Assembly: GCA_964493485.1 (NCBI GenBank)
Contig: CAZBMQ010000005.1
Coordinates: 3,832 to 67,831 of the forward strand
Origin: an uncultured Candidatus Saccharibacteria bacterium
GTDB taxonomy: Bacteria > Patescibacteriota > Minisyncoccia > Minisyncoccales > JANBVM01
Direction: 5' to 3'
DNA length: 64,000 nucleotides
Shown here: one piece after another, positions 50,924-59,854 of the stretch
Layout of the letters: every line of letters begins with the position of its first letter
How positions within the stretch are numbered: position 1 is the first letter of the stretch
The notes under the pieces: generated by a model
Databases searched by the model: none
What the model saw: the letters and a program-made list of their open reading frames with translations, nothing else
Told to the model about the DNA's origin: nothing
Translations under genes and position numbers: made by a program

Positions 50924-52510
50924 ATGATTCCTGAAGAATTTAAACTTAAAAAACTCGGGGAAGTAAGGGTAAGACTAGCTCCGTCTCCTACAGGCTTTTT
51001 ACATCTTGGAACTGCCAGATCAGGCCTCTTTAACTATCTCTTTGCCAAAAAACATCAAGGTACATTTGTTTTAAGGATTGAAGATACTGATAAAGAACGC
51101 TCAAAACCTGAATATGAAAGAGATATAATTGAAAATTTGAAATGGTTAGGAATAGAACCAGATGAAGGACCTGGTATTGGAGGTAATTATGGACCTTATC
51201 GTCAGTCTGAAAGAAGAGAAATATATAAAAAATATTTAAAAAAATTATTTGAAGAAAATAAAGCGTATTATTGTTTTTGTTCAAAGGAAGAACTAGAAGC
51301 ACATAGACAATATCAGCTATCAATAGGGGAGGCCCCTCGTTATTCAGGCAAATGCGCCAATCTCTCAAAAGAAACAGTAGATAAATATTTAGCAGAAAAA
51401 AAACCGTATGTAATAAGATTCAGAACCCCGCCTAAAAAAGTTGAGTTTGAGGATATAATAAGAGGAAAAGTAGAATTCGATGCATCGTTGATAGGGGACA
51501 TAGTAATTGCAAAAAGCTTTACAGAACCTCTATACAATTTTGCCTGTATTGTTGATGATTTTGAAATGAAGATCTCTCATGTCATAAGAGGAGAAGACCA
51601 TCTTTCCAATACTCCAAAGCAAATTCTATTGCAAGAGGCCCTGGGATTTCCTAGACCAAAATATGCTCATATTCCCTTAATCTTGGGACCTGATAGAAGT
51701 AAGTTATCGAAACGACATGGGGCAACCTCTATTACAGAATACAAAAAGCAAGGATATTTACCTGAAGCTCTTATTAATTTTATGGCACTTTTGGGATGGA
51801 ATCCCGGTACAGAAAGAGAAATATTCTCATTAAATCCTTTAATTAAAGAGTTTTCCTTAGAAAAAGTGCAAAAATCAGGGGCAGTTTTTAATCAAAAAAG
51901 ATTAGATTTCTTGAATGGTTTTTATATCCGCCGCAAATCCATAGAAAAATTAACTGAGCTCTGTCTTCCATATTTAATAAGAGAAGGACTGATAACGCCT
52001 TATTTTACAGAAAGACAATATCCACCAGCATATGGAGCCAAGGAAATTGTGCAGAGATATAAAGTATCAGAAACAGGAGAAGAGATAACAATAGATAAAA
52101 TAAAACAAATAATATCTATTTACCAGGAAAGAATGAAAAAACTTTCTGAAATCTCAGAATTTACAGATTTCTTTTTCAAAAAAGAAATTATATATGATAA
52201 AGAACTTTTGAAATGGAAAGAAATGACAGAAGAAGAATTAAAAACATCACTTGACAGATTATATAATATATTGTATAAAATAGATGCAGAGAGCTTTGAA
52301 AGAAATTATTTGGCAGATATTTTACTAAAAGAAGCAGAAAATTTTTCAAGAATAATAAACAAACCTGGGGATAGGGGATATCTTTTATGGCCATTAAGAG
52401 TAGCCTTGACAGGGAAAAAAGAATCAGCAGGACCCTTTGAAATAGCTGAAATTTTAGGAAAGGAAAAAAGCTTAAAGAGAATAAAAAAGGCAATAGAATT
52501 AATAGGTTAG
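50924..52510 (+). CDS. gltX: Glutamate--tRNA ligase
   Basis: RVRLAPSPTGFLHLGTARS (HIGH) and KLSKRHG (KMSKS). The start is set at ATG 50924. Confidence 0.9.
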   Translation: MIPEEFKLKKLGEVRVRLAPSPTGFLHLGTARSGLFNYLFAKKHQGTFVLRIEDTDKERSKPEYERDIIENLKWLGIEPDEGPGIGGNYGPYRQSERREIYKKYLKKLFEENKAYYCFCSKEELEAHRQYQLSIGEAPRYSGKCANLSKETVDKYLAEKKPYVIRFRTPPKKVEFEDIIRGKVEFDASLIGDIVIAKSFTEPLYNFACIVDDFEMKISHVIRGEDHLSNTPKQILLQEALGFPRPKYAHIPLILGPDRSKLSKRHGATSITEYKKQGYLPEALINFMALLGWNPGTEREIFSLNPLIKEFSLEKVQKSGAVFNQKRLDFLNGFYIRRKSIEKLTELCLPYLIREGLITPYFTERQYPPAYGAKEIVQRYKVSETGEEITIDKIKQIISIYQERMKKLSEISEFTDFFFKKEIIYDKELLKWKEMTEEELKTSLDRLYNILYKIDAESFERNYLADILLKEAENFSRIINKPGDRGYLLWPLRVALTGKKESAGPFEIAEILGKEKSLKRIKKAIELIG

Positions 52511-52520
52511 AGAATTATAT

Positions 52521-52940
52521 ATGACAAAAATATCAAAAATTTCAATAATTCTTATATCAATAACTGCATTGAGTGTATCGTCTTTTTCTTTTGCACAAGA
52601 AGAAAATCTTCATGTTCCTGAAAATTTAGAAGAAGCACAAGAAATAGGAAAACAAGCAGTAAAAGTAGGAAAGGAAGAATTACCAGGGATTATTGAGAGG
52701 ATTTGGAAATATGAGGTAATACCAATATGGCAGAAGATGTATAACTGGTATTACAATAATATTTGGATAAAACTTGAGAGTTTCTTTGTAAAAGAAGTAA
52801 AACCTAAAGTGGAACAAGAAGTTGAAAAAAGAAAACCTATAATCCAAGAAGAATATAAAAAAGAAAAAGAAGAAATGAAACAAGAGATACCAAAAGTAAC
52901 AAAAAGTATTTGTGAAAGATTTAAAGAATTGTGGAGGTAA
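52521..52940 (+). CDS. Small secreted protein (signal peptide)
   Basis: The N-terminal KISKISIILISITALSVSSFSFAQE fits a Sec signal with an AQE cleavage context. I recognised no family. Confidence 0.5.
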   Translation: MTKISKISIILISITALSVSSFSFAQEENLHVPENLEEAQEIGKQAVKVGKEELPGIIERIWKYEVIPIWQKMYNWYYNNIWIKLESFFVKEVKPKVEQEVEKRKPIIQEEYKKEKEEMKQEIPKVTKSICERFKELWR

Positions 52941-52982
52941 GAAAGACTATATATCTTCCTATGGGGAAGTATATTTTTCCAC

Positions 52983-53011
52983 TTGACATAGCCCTTGAGG
53001 CTATTTTAATA
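52983..53011 (+). promoter_or_regulatory. Sigma70-type promoter upstream of the first recombinase gene
   Basis: TTGACA 52983-52988, a 17-nt spacer, then TTAATA 53006-53011. Confidence 0.5.
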
Positions 53012-53071
53012 TAAACATAGAAATATTCGCATAATTATACTTAATAGTCTCTTAATATATTTATATTTAAA

Positions 53072-54022
53072 ATGGAGAAAAGCTCAAAACCTATTTCCCA
53101 ACATTTATCTGATTTTCTAGATTGGCTAGAAATAGAAAAAGGATTATCCTCTAAATCTCAAGAAAATTATTCGAGATTTCTTAAGAAATTTTTAGATTGG
53201 CTAAAAATAAATAATCTTGAAAATATAAAACCTCATGAATTAACTCCCCAACATATATGGAAATATAGAGTTTTTCTTTCACGTCAATATATCTCTAGAA
53301 CTAAAAAACCCCTTAAAAAATCTACACAGAATTATTATTTAATCGCTTTAAGATCTCTTCTAAATTATTTTGCTGAAAGAGATATTCTTTCCTTACCTGC
53401 TGAAAAAATCAAATTAGCTAAAGAACGAAAGGAAAAACAAGTACGTTTTTTAAATTTAGAGCAACTAAAAAAGTTATTTTCAGCTCCTGATACTTCAAAA
53501 ATCCAGGGGCTTCGAGATAGAGCTATCTTAGAAACTTTATTTTCCACTGGAATGAGAATATCAGAATTAGTAAGTTTAAACCGAGAACAAATTAAAATAA
53601 AAGAAAATATGGAAGAATTAGAACTTTCAATTATCGGAAAAGGAGAAAAACCCAGAACTGTTTATTTCTCAAAAAGAGCATTATTATGGCTCAAAAAATA
53701 TTTAGATATGCGTGATGATAAAGAAAAAGCATTGTTTATTAATTATAGAAGCAAGAAAGGTGCTCCCAGAAGATTAACTGCTCGTTCAATAGAAAAAAAT
53801 ATCAAGAAATATGCTATCTTGGCAGGAATTCCATTAAATACCACTCCACATGTACTACGTCATAGTTTTGCCACAGATCTCTTAACTCAAGGGGTTGACT
53901 TGAGAACACTTCAAGAATTTCTAGGGCATAAAAGTATTTCCGCTACTCAAATTTATGCACATGTGACTAGTAAACGGTTGAGAGAAATTCATCGTAAATT
54001 TCATAGCGGAAGAAAACTGTAA
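53072..54022 (+). CDS. Tyrosine recombinase, XerC/XerD family (copy 1)
   Basis: The N-terminal SAM-like core-binding domain is followed by the catalytic pattern R..(ETLFSTGMRISE)...HVLRHSFATDLL...LGH.S...TQIYAHV. Confidence 0.8.
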   Translation: MEKSSKPISQHLSDFLDWLEIEKGLSSKSQENYSRFLKKFLDWLKINNLENIKPHELTPQHIWKYRVFLSRQYISRTKKPLKKSTQNYYLIALRSLLNYFAERDILSLPAEKIKLAKERKEKQVRFLNLEQLKKLFSAPDTSKIQGLRDRAILETLFSTGMRISELVSLNREQIKIKENMEELELSIIGKGEKPRTVYFSKRALLWLKKYLDMRDDKEKALFINYRSKKGAPRRLTARSIEKNIKKYAILAGIPLNTTPHVLRHSFATDLLTQGVDLRTLQEFLGHKSISATQIYAHVTSKRLREIHRKFHSGRKL

Positions 54023-54045
54023 ATTTAATTTGTGGATTTAATATA

Positions 54046-54582
54046 ATGAACCATCAAAAATCAAAATCTTTAACTTGGGAAGTAGTTGAAAAAGCTATAT
54101 CAAAAGAAATTAATTGGCTCAGAAGAACAATAATCAAAACTCCTTACCGAAAAGAGAATGAATTTTGTGATGAATGTATTTATAGAAGAATAGCAATTCT
54201 AATAGTAAGTGGGAAGATCAAAGCAAAAGATATTAAATCACGTGTGTGTCTGTGGGGCAACCAAAATCTCTTACCACAAGAAGGTAAAAAACACGGAAAA
54301 GAATGGCATTCAAGAATGATGAAATTAATAAGTGAGTATTTTAAATCAAGTGGATATGATGTTACTATAGAACCTAAACTAAATATGGGTCGAGCAGATC
54401 TAGGAATATATAAAGAAAATGAACGAGATTTGTTTGTTGAGATAGGGACAATATCTTTATACAAATTATTGTTTAATTTAGAATCCATGGAAGGCTCTGA
54501 TTTTCTATTAGTTCTTAGCCAAAATCGAGCAATAGAATTTTCTGTAATAAAAGCAGGATATAAACAAGAAACTACAAAATAA
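54046..54582 (+). CDS. Hypothetical 178-aa protein, possibly restriction-endonuclease-like (PD-(D/E)xK) fold
   Basis: HSRMMKLISEYFKSSGYDVTIEPKLNMGRADLGIYKENERDLFVEIGT has an E...D...E-x-G arrangement reminiscent of nuclease cores. The evidence is weak. Confidence 0.3.
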   Translation: MNHQKSKSLTWEVVEKAISKEINWLRRTIIKTPYRKENEFCDECIYRRIAILIVSGKIKAKDIKSRVCLWGNQNLLPQEGKKHGKEWHSRMMKLISEYFKSSGYDVTIEPKLNMGRADLGIYKENERDLFVEIGTISLYKLLFNLESMEGSDFLLVLSQNRAIEFSVIKAGYKQETTK

Positions 54583-54586
54583 AAAT

Positions 54587-55528
54587 ATGATAAACTCATT
54601 ACCTTTTACAAAAAAATTTTTTCATTTCTTAGAAAAAAATAATTATTCAAAAGAAACCATCTATAATTATAAAAGAGATTTACAAACCTTTGATAGATTT
54701 CTCTGTAAGAAAAGATTGAGTTTCAGAAAAATAACTAAACAAATAATAGAAGAATACAAACATTATCTAACTTCAGAAAAAAGGAAAACAGCAAAAAATC
54801 AAAACGCCCTAAAAAAGCTTAGTAAAGTTTCTATTAATAGGATGTTATCTTCAATCAGATGTTATTTAAAATATCTTGATGACAATAATTATAATTCCCC
54901 ATTATCTCACGAAGTCATAAAGCTTGTAAAATACAACAAGAAAACTTCTCATCATATAAGATTAAAAGATCAATTAAAATTAGTAGAAGCTCCAACCCTA
55001 TTTGAAAAAAAGAAAAAAATAGCTTTAAGAAATAGAGCGATGTTAGAAGTTGTGTTTTCCACTGGAGTAAGAATTTCAGAGCTCATAAACATAAAAAAGG
55101 ATGAAATCGACAAAACTGGAAGAATTTTCATAAAAGGTAAAGGAAAAAAAGAAAGGTTTGTTTATCTAACCCCTAGAGCTCAGAAGCATATTAAAAAATA
55201 TTTAGAGGTCCGTGGAAAAACAGATTCTCCTTATCTTTTTATTCCTTTTCAAGGAAAAAATATACATAAAAAAAATAAAAAAATTTCTCCTAACTATCTA
55301 CAAGCTAAGATAAAGAGATATAGAGAATTATTGGGCCTTAATATACCTATCTCCTGTCACTCAATTCGTCATGCATTTGCAACCTATCTTGCTGAAAGTG
55401 GAGCTAGTCCAGCGGCTATTCAGATTTTACTTGGTCATGAATCTCTAGATACAACCACTCGATATGTTCATGCTTCTGATCGTTATGCAGAAAGAATCTT
55501 TAGAAAATTCCATCCTCTAAAAGAATAA
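54587..55528 (+). CDS. Tyrosine recombinase, XerC/XerD family (copy 2)
   Basis: The catalytic pattern is R..(EVVFSTGVRISE)...HSIRHAFATYL...LGHESLDTTTRYVH. Confidence 0.8.
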   Translation: MINSLPFTKKFFHFLEKNNYSKETIYNYKRDLQTFDRFLCKKRLSFRKITKQIIEEYKHYLTSEKRKTAKNQNALKKLSKVSINRMLSSIRCYLKYLDDNNYNSPLSHEVIKLVKYNKKTSHHIRLKDQLKLVEAPTLFEKKKKIALRNRAMLEVVFSTGVRISELINIKKDEIDKTGRIFIKGKGKKERFVYLTPRAQKHIKKYLEVRGKTDSPYLFIPFQGKNIHKKNKKISPNYLQAKIKRYRELLGLNIPISCHSIRHAFATYLAESGASPAAIQILLGHESLDTTTRYVHASDRYAERIFRKFHPLKE

Positions 55529-55550
55529 TTAATTTTATAAAAACAAAAAG

Positions 55551-55576
55551 AAAAAACTGTCTATGACAGTTTTTTA
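55551..55576. terminator. Bidirectional terminator
   Basis: AAAAAACTGTC-TAT-GACAGTTTTTT. Confidence 0.75.
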
Positions 55577-55609
55577 TTTTTTTATTTTAAAGAACAAAAA
55601 ATAAAAAAA

Positions 55610-55906
55610 TTAGAATTTAATTATTAAAGTCTCACCTTTCACCTCAAAGTTGTAAAAGTACAAAGAAAGAGTTGGAATCTGACGAGCATGTTCTTCGAAT
55701 AAAGGACTCAGTGGATTTTCCACCACTGCCACTTCCCTGCCTTCTATTGCTTCAATCGTTCCATGGTTTTCGAGTATTGGAATATTTTCTCCTTGCATTT
55801 CAACCTTTACTTTATATCTTTTTAGCATATCAATATTGTGACATATCTTTAAAATTTTGTCAAATTCTAATTGTAAAATAAAAATAAGTCCTATGGGACT
55901 TATCAA
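55610..55906 (-). CDS. Hypothetical small protein (98 aa from TTG, or 72 aa from ATG 55828)
   Basis: The TTG start overlaps the upstream zinc-ribbon gene's TGA (TTGA). I recognised no family. Confidence 0.4.
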   Translation of the reverse strand: MISPIGLIFILQLEFDKILKICHNIDMLKRYKVKVEMQGENIPILENHGTIEAIEGREVAVVENPLSPLFEEHARQIPTLSLYFYNFEVKGETLIIKF

Positions 55907-56118
55907 ATATTATCTTCATCTTTGAAGCAACAAACAGAATGACATCTGGGACACTCTATATTTAATTCAAAAGAAGACCAATCTTTCTTACATTTTAAAC
56001 AATAAGCTTTCTCCTTATCAACAAATTCTAATTGTTGATTACATCTCGGACAAAAAGCCTTTCCATATATAATATTGCAACATTCATATTGATCGCACAC
56101 AAATATTGCTTTTCCCAT
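55903..56118 (-). CDS. Zinc-ribbon mini-protein (71 aa), paralog of 57615-57857
   Basis: It carries CPRC, CLKC and CPRC motifs. A strong SD (GAGGTGAAAGGGGAGG) and a TATAAT box lie upstream. Confidence 0.6.
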   Translation of the reverse strand: MGKAIFVCDQYECCNIIYGKAFCPRCNQQLEFVDKEKAYCLKCKKDWSSFELNIECPRCHSVCCFKDEDNI

Positions 56119-56194
56119 CCTCCCCTTTCACCTCTTTTTTTAAATTCTAATTATACTACTTGAGAATAAATCAAAAAATATTTTTTTCAATAAT

Positions 56195-57310
56195 CTAATC
56201 TGTAAATTTAAAACTGGAAAGAATATTCTTAAAAAGGGTTATTTGTTCTTTATCCTGTTCCTCAAAAAAAGTGGTAATTATATAAGTATAACCGTTATGA
56301 AGTATAATAAGAGAATCACTGATAGATGAATAGCATCCTATTATATCCCCGGGTTTATAGTCATTCTCTGCAATCCATTCTTGAGTCTCTTCTGAAAACC
56401 AGTCTAAATGAGTTTTAGGTAATACATAAGGTTCCACACATCTTCTTGAACATTTAATTGCCGGTACCCCATCTATTTCATAATTTGGTTTACCACTACA
56501 ACATTTAATCTTTTGAACATTTTCCACCTTCTTACACATCTCAGGTAAACTTAATCCAGCTGTATTTGAATAAACAGAAATAAGTATATAAGGGCTTTGA
56601 TATTGACAGATTTCTTTTGGTCTATTTTCAGGCCACCAGTCTGGAATGACATATCCTTTTTTAGTTACCATCAAACGACTCTTTGCAACAATATCTGGAT
56701 CTCCTGTAGGTTCTTTCTTCGGACACTTCAAATCAGGATTTAGCTCTTGAAGATCTTCACAAACTCCCAGATATCTTAATTCATTTTTGTCTAACGAGTA
56801 TTTAATTGAATAACCATATCTATTCTCATAAGTTTCCCAGTCACTCATATCTATTTTGGTAAAATCTTCCTCATTTTGAAAAAAATCAGTACAAGCCAAA
56901 GAATTGGGTGTATTCAGACCTATCTCGTCATATTCCTTCTTTTCTTTATCTTGGAGAGAAACACATTCTTTTCCATTAAAACATTTATTTTCTCCACAAT
57001 CGCAAATTTTTACCTCATAACTATTTTTTTCAGAACAACCGCAAGAACTAATAGCGCAAGTATTGGGGAAATCACTTACTGTATTACAACATAAACCAGT
57101 TGAAACCTTGCCGCCTGCCTCGAGACACCTTTGCTCTTGTTCTGTTGTTTGATTCTCCCCTACTGGTTCTTTTTTATTTTCTCCTTGTTGAGGATTAGAT
57201 TCTTGTTGCTCTATTGGCTCCTCCAAAACAGGAGCTATTGTAGGACGAACCCAATAAACAAGCACTATAATAGCGATTATCCCTACTATTAATATAATTT
57301 CTTTTCTCAT
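56195..57310 (-). CDS. Membrane-anchored/secreted Cys-rich protein (371 aa)
   Basis: An N-terminal TM anchor is followed by a low-complexity linker and the Cys-rich module CLEAGGKVSTGLCCNTVSDFPNTCAISSCGCSEKNSYEVKICDCGENKCFNGKECV. Further Cys pairs follow. Confidence 0.6.
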   Translation of the reverse strand: MRKEIILIVGIIAIIVLVYWVRPTIAPVLEEPIEQQESNPQQGENKKEPVGENQTTEQEQRCLEAGGKVSTGLCCNTVSDFPNTCAISSCGCSEKNSYEVKICDCGENKCFNGKECVSLQDKEKKEYDEIGLNTPNSLACTDFFQNEEDFTKIDMSDWETYENRYGYSIKYSLDKNELRYLGVCEDLQELNPDLKCPKKEPTGDPDIVAKSRLMVTKKGYVIPDWWPENRPKEICQYQSPYILISVYSNTAGLSLPEMCKKVENVQKIKCCSGKPNYEIDGVPAIKCSRRCVEPYVLPKTHLDWFSEETQEWIAENDYKPGDIIGCYSSISDSLIILHNGYTYIITTFFEEQDKEQITLFKNILSSFKFTD

Positions 57311-57334
57311 ATATTTTTATAAAAATGCATTTAT

Positions 57335-57496
57335 CTACCACTCATAAGGATTTTTTTTCTTTTTGCCCCACTCCCAAGGAGGAAGATCTTTATCATAATC
57401 TTCATCTTTTTCTTCTTTTTCATTTTTCTTCTTTTTCGTCTCGGATTCTTTTTCTTTTGGATATAACCATCTGTCTATTTTTTCTTGTTTTGGCAT
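57335..57496 (-). CDS. Candidate 53-aa lysine/glutamate-rich small protein
   Basis: The ATG-to-TAG ORF reads MPKQEKIDRWLYPKEKESETKKKKNEKEEKDEDYDKDLPPWEWGKKKKNPYEW. It ends 24 nt upstream of the 371-aa gene, and no SD is visible. Confidence 0.3.
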   Translation of the reverse strand: MPKQEKIDRWLYPKEKESETKKKKNEKEEKDEDYDKDLPPWEWGKKKKNPYEW

Positions 57497-57577
57497 ATTT
57501 TATATTTGGATATTATTTATTAAACTGATTTTTATTTTAACATAAAAAATTTAAATATAAAATTATTTTAAAAATAC

Positions 57578-57600
57578 AGTGGAACAATCTAACCACTGTT
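57578..57600 (-). terminator. Intrinsic terminator of the 80-aa zinc-ribbon gene
   Basis: ACAGTGG...CCACTGT is a 7-bp stem, followed on the minus strand by ATTTTT. Confidence 0.6.
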
Positions 57601-57614
57601 AAAATTAATTCTTC

Positions 57615-57857
57615 TCATTTTTGCTCTGGTTTAAACAAAAGATGTCTTTTGGAACCGCAATTTGGACAAGGAGGAAAATCCATAAAAGCCACAGAATATT
57701 TATTGCATTTTACACATAATGCAACGCTATGATGGCCCAAGATATCACCACTAGATGGAAATTCTAACTCATTGTTGCATCCTTCTCTATGACAAATTGC
57801 TTTTCCCAGAACTTCTCCGCAATTCATACAAAACAAAACTGCCTTTTTCATCCTCAA
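57615..57857 (-). CDS. Zinc-ribbon mini-protein (80 aa), paralog of 55903-56118
   Basis: It carries CMNC, C.REGC, CVKC and CPNC motifs. It aligns with the 71-aa protein through KA..FC...C....GKA.C.R..CN..LEF...C.KC.K......CP.C. Confidence 0.6.
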   Translation of the reverse strand: MRMKKAVLFCMNCGEVLGKAICHREGCNNELEFPSSGDILGHHSVALCVKCNKYSVAFMDFPPCPNCGSKRHLLFKPEQK

Positions 57858-57953
57858 CCCTCTTTTTTTATAATTTCAATATACCATATTCTCTTTAATC
57901 CTAAATATAATTTTTGTCAAATCTATAATAAGCGAAATGGAATTCTATTCTGT

Positions 57954-58042
57954 TTGACAAAATTAATATCTCATTGTATAATGAAATCATATCGAATCTA
58001 CAAAGATTGAATAAAAAACCCTTTCCAAAGGGGTTTTGTTTT
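57954..58042 (+). promoter_or_regulatory. Perfect-consensus promoter followed about 30-55 nt later by a terminator hairpin (short RNA or attenuator upstream of the ABC exporter)
   Basis: TTGACA 57954-57959, a 17-nt spacer, then TATAAT 57977-57982. A small hairpin AATCT-ACAA-AGATT comes next, followed by AAAAAACCCTTTCCAAAGGGGTTTTGTTTT at 58013-58042. Confidence 0.55.
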
Positions 58043-58114
58043 AATATAAATATTGATTTCAATAATTTTAATTTCTGTTTTATAATAAAAATGTGTTTTT
58101 ACTGCTTTAAAATT

Positions 58115-59854
58115 ATGTTGAAAGTTCTCAAAAGATTTTTTCAATTTTTATTTTATTATAAAAAGGCATTCATCGCCTTTATTTTCGTATTAATTATAGG
58201 AGCAATATTGTCTAACCTTACTCCATATATCTATAAACTTTTGATTGATGCTGTCCCCTCTTCTGACTATCAAAAACTTATAAAAATTATTCTCTTATTT
58301 GTAGGAATTAGGATCTTAGCTAATCTTTTTGAGGCTTTAACCTTATATTTAGGAGATAAAGCCCTACTGCCTGCTGCAAGAGATGCCAGAATAAAAATCT
58401 TTAAAAAAATTCATGATTTAGACTTTGCTTTTCATGTAAACAAAAGCACAGGTGTTTTAATAAGTATTTTCAAAAGAGGAGACAATGCTTTCTTTAGCTT
58501 GTTCCATAGACTAACCGTTCATATAGCCTATATTGTTTTATCTTTATTTGTTGTACTGTTTTTCTTCTCTAAGGTTGCATTCTCTATTGTCTTTTTAATG
58601 CTTTTGGTCTTTATGGGCAATGCCTATATAAGTTGGCAGTTGATTAAAATCAACATCAGAAAAAGAAAAAGATTTAATAAAATAGAAGATAAAATATCAG
58701 GAATTATTACTGACAGCTTATTGAATTACGACACAGTAAAATTCTTTGCGCAGGAGAAAAGAGAAGAAAAACGATTAAAAAGAGAATTTAAAGAGTGGAT
58801 AACTAGATTGTGGGAATATGCAATCAGCTTTCGAATAATGGACATCACAATAGGCACTTTATCTAATTTAGGAATGCTTTTAATTCTCTTAATTGTCATT
58901 AAAAAGTTATCTCTTGGACAAATTACTACTGGAGATTTAGTAATGGTGGTAAGTTTTAGCCTAGGTTTTTATTTTCATCTTTTTGATCTTTTATATAGTC
59001 TTAGAGATGTAGCTAAAGATTATGTGGACTTAGAACGATATTTTTCTATTTTAGATAATGAAATTTTAGTAAAAGATCCTAAAAAACCGGTTAAATTAAA
59101 AGAAATCAGAGGGGAAATAAAATTTGAAAATGTAAGTTTCGACTATCCTGAGGGTAAAAAGGGTGTATTAGTAGATTTTAATTTACATATCAAACCTGGA
59201 GAATCTGTAGCTTTTGTCGGACGCTCTGGTGTAGGAAAAACAACCATTGTTAAACTCCTGTTGAGATTTTACGATGTCACTAAAGGAAGAATATTAATTG
59301 ATGGAATTGATATCAAAAATCTAACCAAAACTCAGCTTCGTTCTTTTATCGGTATTGTTCCGCAAGAACCAATACTTTTTAATAACACAATAGGTTTTAA
59401 TATTTCTTATGGAAAGCCGAAGGCAACAAAAAAAGAAATAATAGAAGCCACAAAAATAGCTAATTTATATGAGTTTATTCAAAGCCTCCCCCTGAAATAC
59501 GAAACAAAAGTAGGAGAACGAGGAATAAAACTCTCTGGAGGTCAAAAACAACGATTGGCTATAGCAAGAATGATACTCACTAATCCCAAAATTATAATCT
59601 TTGATGAAGCAACAAGCAGCTTAGACTCAGAATCTGAAGCTTTAATCCAAGATGCTTTATGGAAAATAGCACAAAACAGAACGGTCTTAATTATTGCTCA
59701 CCGTTTATCAACAATTAAAAAAGCAAACAGAATTATTGTGTTAGAAAATGGAAAAATTATTGAATCAGGAACGCATAATGAATTAATAAAGAAGAAAGGG
59801 CTCTATTCTTATCTATGGTGTCTCCAATCTAAAACACAGATGTTGTCACTTTAA
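58115..59854 (+). CDS. ABC transporter, fused permease/ATPase (MsbA-like exporter)
   Basis: A six-TM N-terminal half is followed by Walker A GRSGVGKTT, the signature LSGGQKQR, and Walker B IIIFDEATS. The start could be ATG 58091 or 58115. Confidence 0.85.
   Translation: MLKVLKRFFQFLFYYKKAFIAFIFVLIIGAILSNLTPYIYKLLIDAVPSSDYQKLIKIILLFVGIRILANLFEALTLYLGDKALLPAARDARIKIFKKIHDLDFAFHVNKSTGVLISIFKRGDNAFFSLFHRLTVHIAYIVLSLFVVLFFFSKVAFSIVFLMLLVFMGNAYISWQLIKINIRKRKRFNKIEDKISGIITDSLLNYDTVKFFAQEKREEKRLKREFKEWITRLWEYAISFRIMDITIGTLSNLGMLLILLIVIKKLSLGQITTGDLVMVVSFSLGFYFHLFDLLYSLRDVAKDYVDLERYFSILDNEILVKDPKKPVKLKEIRGEIKFENVSFDYPEGKKGVLVDFNLHIKPGESVAFVGRSGVGKTTIVKLLLRFYDVTKGRILIDGIDIKNLTKTQLRSFIGIVPQEPILFNNTIGFNISYGKPKATKKEIIEATKIANLYEFIQSLPLKYETKVGERGIKLSGGQKQRLAIARMILTNPKIIIFDEATSSLDSESEALIQDALWKIAQNRTVLIIAHRLSTIKKANRIIVLENGKIIESGTHNELIKKKGLYSYLWCLQSKTQMLSL

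Noticed and set aside
57325-57528. 67-aa plus-strand ORF between the 371-aa gene and the zinc-ribbon gene
   Set aside because: Its sequence is low-complexity and F/L/S-rich. It is the antisense shadow of the K/E-rich 53-codon ORF, and it has no SD or promoter.
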